Shown piece by piece: positions 47,521-64,000 of a stretch of 64,000 bases of DNA; positions within the stretch are counted from its first letter, which is position 1, and the number at the start of each line of letters is the position of its first letter. The position numbers were made by a program, and so were the translations under genes. The notes beneath the pieces were generated by a model, which saw only the letters and a list, made by a program, of their open reading frames with translations, ran no database searches and was not told the origin of the DNA. Location: positions 310,001-374,000 of the forward strand of contig JABVCE010000015.1 in NCBI GenBank assembly GCA_014905635.1, read 5' to 3'. The stretch comes from Scenedesmus sp. PABB004 (lineage: Eukaryota).

Positions 47521-48596
47521 TCACGCACCGCCGCCACTTTTGCTGGCGCTGCCGCCAGCCGCTGCGTCCCCAGCCGCGCCTGCCGCGCTGCTGCCGCTAC
47601 TGCCGCCGCCGCCGCCGCCCGCCGCGCCCTCGCCCGGCGGCGCAGCAGAGCCCTCGTCCGGCGGCGCGGCCGCGCCGCCGTCGCCGCCGCCGCGCGCGCG
47701 CGCGAGCAGCGCCGCCGCGAGCCGGCCGGGCGCGGCGGCGGCCGCGCCGACGGCGCCGCCGAGCCAGAGCGCGTCGGCGACGCGGCGCTCGAGCTGCGCC
47801 CACGTGTCGGCGTAGCCGGGGCTATAATCGGTGAGCATGTAGAGCTCTGTCGCGGTGTAGATGCCCGCCAGCAGCGCGCGCTTGGTGTACCTGCGGCGGC
47901 GTTTGCAGGACGCACGCCGTCGGCGCGGCGCAGCGCTTCTTGCAGGACGCTGCCGGCGGCGCGCGCGGCTCGCAGGACGGCGGCGCGGCGCTCGCAGGAC
48001 GGCGGCGCGGGCGGCGCAGGCGCGTGCTGCTTGCAGGGCGGCAGCGCAGGTACACCCGGCGGCGCGCGGCGCGCGCACCAGTTGTAGTCGGTCGACGTGT
48101 CGCCCGCGGCGTGCCAGATGGCGTCGACTAGCTCCGACAGCAGCTCCAGCGCGCGCGGCGCCGCGGCCGGCGCCGCCGCGAGCGCGAGCGCGGCGGGCCA
48201 GGCCTCGGCGAAGGGCGCGTTGAGCTCGAGGCGGCGCCGCACCGCGGCCGCGACGCGCGCGCGCACGGGCAGCGCCGCGAGCTGCGGCGCCGACGCGGCG
48301 AGCTCCGCCGCGAGCGCCGCGTTGTTGGCCGCGATCACGTGCAGCACCAGGTCGGCCGGGCCGCGCGGCAGCACGCCCGCGGCCGCGGGGGAGAGCCCGA
48401 GGTCGCGCGCGCCCGCGCGCAGCGCCGCCGCCGTCCAGCCCTCGCGCTGCACGTGCGGCAGCGCCGCCTCCAGCAGCGCCGCGCGCACGTCGGCGGCGTC
48501 CGAGTCGCCGTCGACGGTGCTGTTCGATAGCGCGGCGCGGGCCGCCAGCAGCGCCGCCGCCGGACGCGCCGCGGGCCGCCGCAGGAGCAGCAGCAT
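47521..48596 (-). CDS. COQ9: Ubiquinone biosynthesis protein COQ9, mitochondrial; 2 exons
   Basis: LLEAALPHVQREGWT and LVDAIWHAAGDTSTDYNW/YTKRALLAGIYTATELYMLTDYSPGYADTW. Confidence 0.94.
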
Positions 48597-48969
48597 CGTT
48601 GCCGCCGCCGCCGCCCCGCCGGCCGACGCGCGGGCCGAGCGCACGTCGAGCGGGAGCGGGACGCACGCGCGTGCACGCGGGGTCGGCGGACGCGAGGGCG
48701 CGCGGCCTGCGAGCGCAGGGCGGGGGCTGCTGCCGGCAGCGGCGGCGCGCGTGTGGTCGGCGGCGCGCGGCGGCGGCTGCCACGAGGGTGCTGCTCTGCG
48801 CACGGAGGCGGACGAGGTCTGGCGAGGCGCCAGCGGGTGCGGCGGCGACAACAGCGCAGCAGGAATGCAGCGGTTAAGTTGGAGAGTGACTGCGCCGCGC
48901 CCTGCCCTGCCGCGCCCCGCCGCGCGGCGTCCGGCCGCCGCCCCGGCCACCGCCGCCGCCGCTGGGCCG

Positions 48970-60088
<11,119 letters not shown>

Positions 60089-60328
60089 GCGCCGCCGCCG
60101 CCGCACCGCGCGGCGCCGCGGCGCCGCGCGTCGTGCGTGCCGCGCCCCCGCTGGCGGGGCGCTGGCCGCGGCGCGCGGCGCGCGGCGGGCGGCGCGCGGG
60201 GCGCCGGACCAGGGGGCGGGGCGGGGCGGGTGCCTGAGCGCCGGCGGCGAGCATTGCGGCGGCGGCAGTTGGCGGCACGCTGCGACGGCGACGCTGCGAA
60301 GCGGCGCCGGCAGCGGCACGCGCGCGGC

Positions 60329-60392
60329 TGTAACCGCGCCGCGCGGCGGCCCCTGGCGTCCGTCTCCGCCGCCGCGGCAGCGTTGCGTTACA
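60329..60392. promoter_or_regulatory. Convergent chlorophyte-type polyadenylation signals: TGTAA plus-strand at 60329-60333 (CDC48) and minus-strand at 60392-60388 (kinase)
   Basis: TGTAA is the established Chlamydomonas-type near-upstream element; both copies lie between convergent stop codons. Confidence 0.6.
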
Positions 60393-61019
60393 ACTCCGCC
60401 CAGCCAGCGCCGCCGCCCAGCTCAGACAGACAGAGCCGGCGCCCCCGGGGCGCGCCGGCGATCCTGGAAGGGCCTGCAATGGCCAGGCCACTGTGCACAT
60501 GAGGACCGACGTGTGCGCATGCAAGCGCTGGCCCAGCAGCAAGAGAAGCGGCGGCGCGCGCCGCGGTCGCGCGCGCGGTCGCCCGAGGCAAGTGAGGAGG
60601 AACAGCCGTGCGACCCGTCGCGGCGAGCCCCCCTTGTGAGACAACGTCGCCTGGCGTAATACCCTGAACGCGCCGCAGCAGCCAGTCGGCCGCGCGTGCC
60701 GCCCCCACCCGAACCCCAATCCACCCTCCTCCCCCCCCCTCCCCCATGCTGTCACACCCGCCCCGCGTTCCCGCCCGCCGCTGTCGATTCGCACCTCCTG
60801 CAGGGAGCCCCCACCTGGCGGCATGCCATGCCGCCAACGCAAAGCAACGGTGCTCCGGGCAAGCGCGCAGTTCCGCGGCGACGCCCCGCGACGGGCGGCC
60901 GAGCCACCACTGCCGCCTCGAAAACCCCTGCGCGCTGCTCCCCGACGCCCCCCAGCGCCGCCCGAGCTGGCCCCCTGAGCTGCCCCCCGCAGCGCGGCGC
61001 GCGGGCGCTCCCACAGTGA

Positions 61020-64000
61020 TCAGGGGCGCGCCGGCGGCGCCGCGGCGCCGCTGCCATCGGTCGACCACGCCGCATCGCGCAGCAGCTCAAAGGGGCTGCG
61101 TGCCGCGGGCGGCGCCGCGGCGGCGCCCCCGGGTGCCGCGGGGCTGCTGCCCGCCCCTGCCGCGGCGCCCAGCTCCCGCTGCGCCTCGTCGCCCGGCGCG
61201 CCGGCGCGCAGGACGCCGCGCACGCGCGCGCCGCCGCCGTCGCCGCCGCCGCCGTGGCCGCGCCGCGTGCGCTCCCGCCCGCGGCGGGCGGCTGCAGCCC
61301 CAGCACCGCGGCGACCGCGGCCACCGCGCCGCGCCGCGGCACGGCGGGCGCGCCCGCCTCAGCGGGCCACGGCAGCCCGGGGCTGCCTGCGCGGGGCGGC
61401 CTGAGCGCGGAACGCAGCCCCCCGCTGCCCGCGCGGACCGGCCTGCCAGCGCTGCTGGCGCGCGAGCAGTCGCTGCCCTCCGCCTCCTCCTCGCGGGGCG
61501 TCTTGAAACTGACGGTCCGCCCCGCCCCGCGCGGCGTGGAGGGCCCCAGTGCGGCGGCCGCCGCCGCGGCGCCCAGCGCCGGCCGGAGCTCCGGCGGCGC
61601 CGCAAACGCCGGCGCGGGCGCGGGGTCGCGCTGCCGCTGCGGCGCGGCCAGCGCCGCCGCGAGGCGCGCCTGGCGCGCCTGCTCCTGCGCCTGCAGCTCC
61701 TCCAGCGCCGCGCACACCTCGGCAAACGTCGGCCTGCCGCGGCGGCGGGGGCGGCTCGCGCGACACGGCGCGGCAGCGCACGCCGCAGCTGGCGGTGGCG
61801 CCTGCGCGGCGCGCCCGGCCCGCACCTGTCCTGGGGCTCGTGCGCCCAGCAGGCCTCGGCGAGCTGTCGGTAGCTGATCGGCGGCCGCAGCTCCTGCCCG
61901 GGCGCGAGCCCCGCGGCCGCCACGGCCGCCGCCGCGACCGCCGCCGCGAGCGCGAGGCCGCGCCCGCCCTCCGGCCACTCGGGCCGCGCCCGGTCGCGCA
62001 CGACGGCGGCGCCGAGCATCGCCTTGGGCACGTCTGGCGGCCGGGCGAGCGCCGCGCAGCGCGGGCGCGGGCAGCGCGTGGGGCGTCCATCGCACTCCAC
62101 CAGGCCACCACGCCGCGTGCGCGCGCGCGCCGCCCCGGCGCCGCCGCGCACCCGCGAACGCGCGCAGGCCGGTGGCCAGCTCATACAGCAGGATGCCAAA
62201 CGCATACACCTGGGGCGGTCAGGGATTTGGGTGTTGTGGTTCAGGGTATTAGGGGGCTCGAGGGCAGCGCGCGGCGGGCGAGGCCAGCGGCCGAGGCGCG
62301 GCGCGGCGCGGCGCGGCGCGGGCTGCACGCGGGCCGCCGCGGGCGCGAGAGAGGCAGGCAGCTCACGTCGCTCGCGCGGCTCGCGCGGCCGTGGAGGAGC
62401 AGCTCGGGCGCCATGTGAGAGAGTGTGCCCCTGTGCACGCCGCTGACGTGCGTGTCGGCGTCGTCGAGGCGCACCGCCAGGCCAAAGTCGGCGACCTTGG
62501 CGACCAGCTCCTCGCGCATCCCCGCCACTGCGTGGCCGGCGGCGCAGTGCGCGCCCGCCCCGGGCGCCGGCATCATCAGCTCCTGCTTCAGGAGCACGTT
62601 GGCGGCCTTGAGGTCGCCGTGCAGCACGCCTGAGGGCCAGCGGCGGGCGCGGCGGGCGCTCGGCGCGCGGCCGGCGGGCCCCGCTCGCGCCGCGGGCGAG
62701 CGCCGGCGGCGGCGGCGGCGGCGGGGCATGGCACGGCGCGGCACAGCGCGACGGCGGCGCGCTCGCCTTCGCTGTGCAGGTGGTGCACCGCGCGCGCGAC
62801 GCCGAGCGCGAGGCCGAGGCAGGTGCCGTGGTGCACCGTCCCGCTCACGCGGTCGTCCAGCAGCCGGCCGTCGATCGCGGCGCGCAGCGAGCCCTGCGGG
62901 CGCGCCGGCAACGCGGCCGCGCGTGGGCCCGGCAGCTAATCAAGGCCGCCCGGGCGCGCGCGGGGTCGCGCGGCGGCCGTCGCCACGCGCCCCGTCGGCC
63001 TCCCTGAGCCCCCCGCCCCGGCGCACCAGGGGGCAGAACTCCATCACGAGCTGCACCTCCCAGCCGGTGACGGGAAGCCCGGTGCCGCTGCCGCTGCCCC
63101 GGCGGTCGCCGAGCGCGCCGCCGCCGCCGCCGCCGCCGCAGCTGCCGCTGCCGCCGCTGCCGTCGCTGCCGCACAGCGTGCCGGCGCCGGCGCCGGCGCT
63201 GGGGCTGGGCGGGGCGGGCGGGCCGAGGGGGCGCAGCAGGTAGGTGTAGACCTGCGCGGCGCCGCGCCAGAGGCGTGTGTGCGTGTGCGTGTGTGCGTGG
63301 GCGCACGAGCGGGGGCGCGCGGCGCGGCGCGGCGCCCGCCCAGGCCCCAAGCCCCGAACCCCGACACGCCTGCACGATGTTGGGGTGGCTGAGGCTCGCC
63401 GCGAGCGCCGTCTCCATCACGGCCATGCGCTCGCGCCGGCTGCTGCCGCGCCGCTCCGCGCCGCCGCTCCCGCCGCCGGCGCCGCCGTTCGCGGGCAGCG
63501 TGACCACCTTGACTGCAGCGGGGATGCCCCGCCAGGTCGCCCTCCATACGATGCCGAACGCACCCGAGCCGACCACCTCGTGCAGCTGCAGGCCCGAGGC
63601 CGCCGCGGCCGCGGCGGCGCCCGCGGCGCTGGAGCCGGGCGACGACGGCGTGCGCTGCAGCCAGCGGGGGCTGCCGCCCGGCCGGCCCGTCGCTGCCACG
63701 GCCGCCTCCTCCTCGTCGCCCTCCTCCTCGCCCTCCTCCGCCAGCTGGCGCAGGCCCGACGACAGCCGCCGCGGCGCGCCCGCCGGCGACGCGGACAGCC
63801 GCGACACCGGCGGCGGCGAGCGGGTGCTGAGGCAGGACAGCGGGCGGGGGCTGCTGCCGGCGCTTGCGTGCGCCGCGCCCGGTGCCGGCCCCGCGCGGCT
63901 GCCCGCCAGGCGCCGGGCGAGCATGTCGGCGCTCACGGCGCTGATGGCCAGGGACAGCCGCTGCGCCGGGCACGCCTCCGCCGCGGCCGGCGCCGCCGGC
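61020..64000 (-). CDS. TKL/Raf-like protein kinase; 5' part lies outside the window and the 3' end is uncertain (61020 or 60752)
   Basis: VGSGAFGIVW, AAVK, LSHPNIVQ, LVMEFC, HGDLKAANVLL, KVADFGL, GTLSHMAPE, SD/VYAFGILLYEL and CWAHEPQDR/PTF. GC donors at 63369 and 62766. Confidence 0.92.

Overview
Eukaryotic, intron-rich nuclear DNA of extreme GC content (about 80% by eye), most consistent with a Sphaeropleales-type green alga (LCYE, CBM20 protein, lineage-typical MYND protein, TGTAA signals). The six-frame ORFs are mostly GC artefacts. Manual splicing gives 19 protein-coding genes: a CBM20 protein, a METTL6/Trm140-like MTase, a bacterial-type beta-class methyltransferase homolog, a Lilium/ACHT-type thioredoxin, RRP9, LCYE, a BIG BROTHER-related RING E3, ALDH22, a J-domain protein, a secreted Gly/Trp/Tyr-rich protein, a MYND-finger protein, SmF, a UBR-box E3, an R3H/SUZ protein, a secreted CBM1-like protein, COQ9, a TMX-like thioredoxin, CDC48 and a TKL kinase. 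Most notable observations: (1) about 21 of about 112 manually traced introns use GC donors, always as AG|GCGNG; (2) long introns carry polarised, mutually complementary telomere-like and GT/AC repeats at their two ends; (3) a roughly 245-nt Y-shaped structured element lies in a CDC48 intron; (4) a very recent 859-bp duplication of a bidirectional promoter, with a templated junction, puts the methyltransferase exon 1 in frame with METTL6. All family calls come from recalled motifs, with no database search. Gene models are not supported by RNA data.
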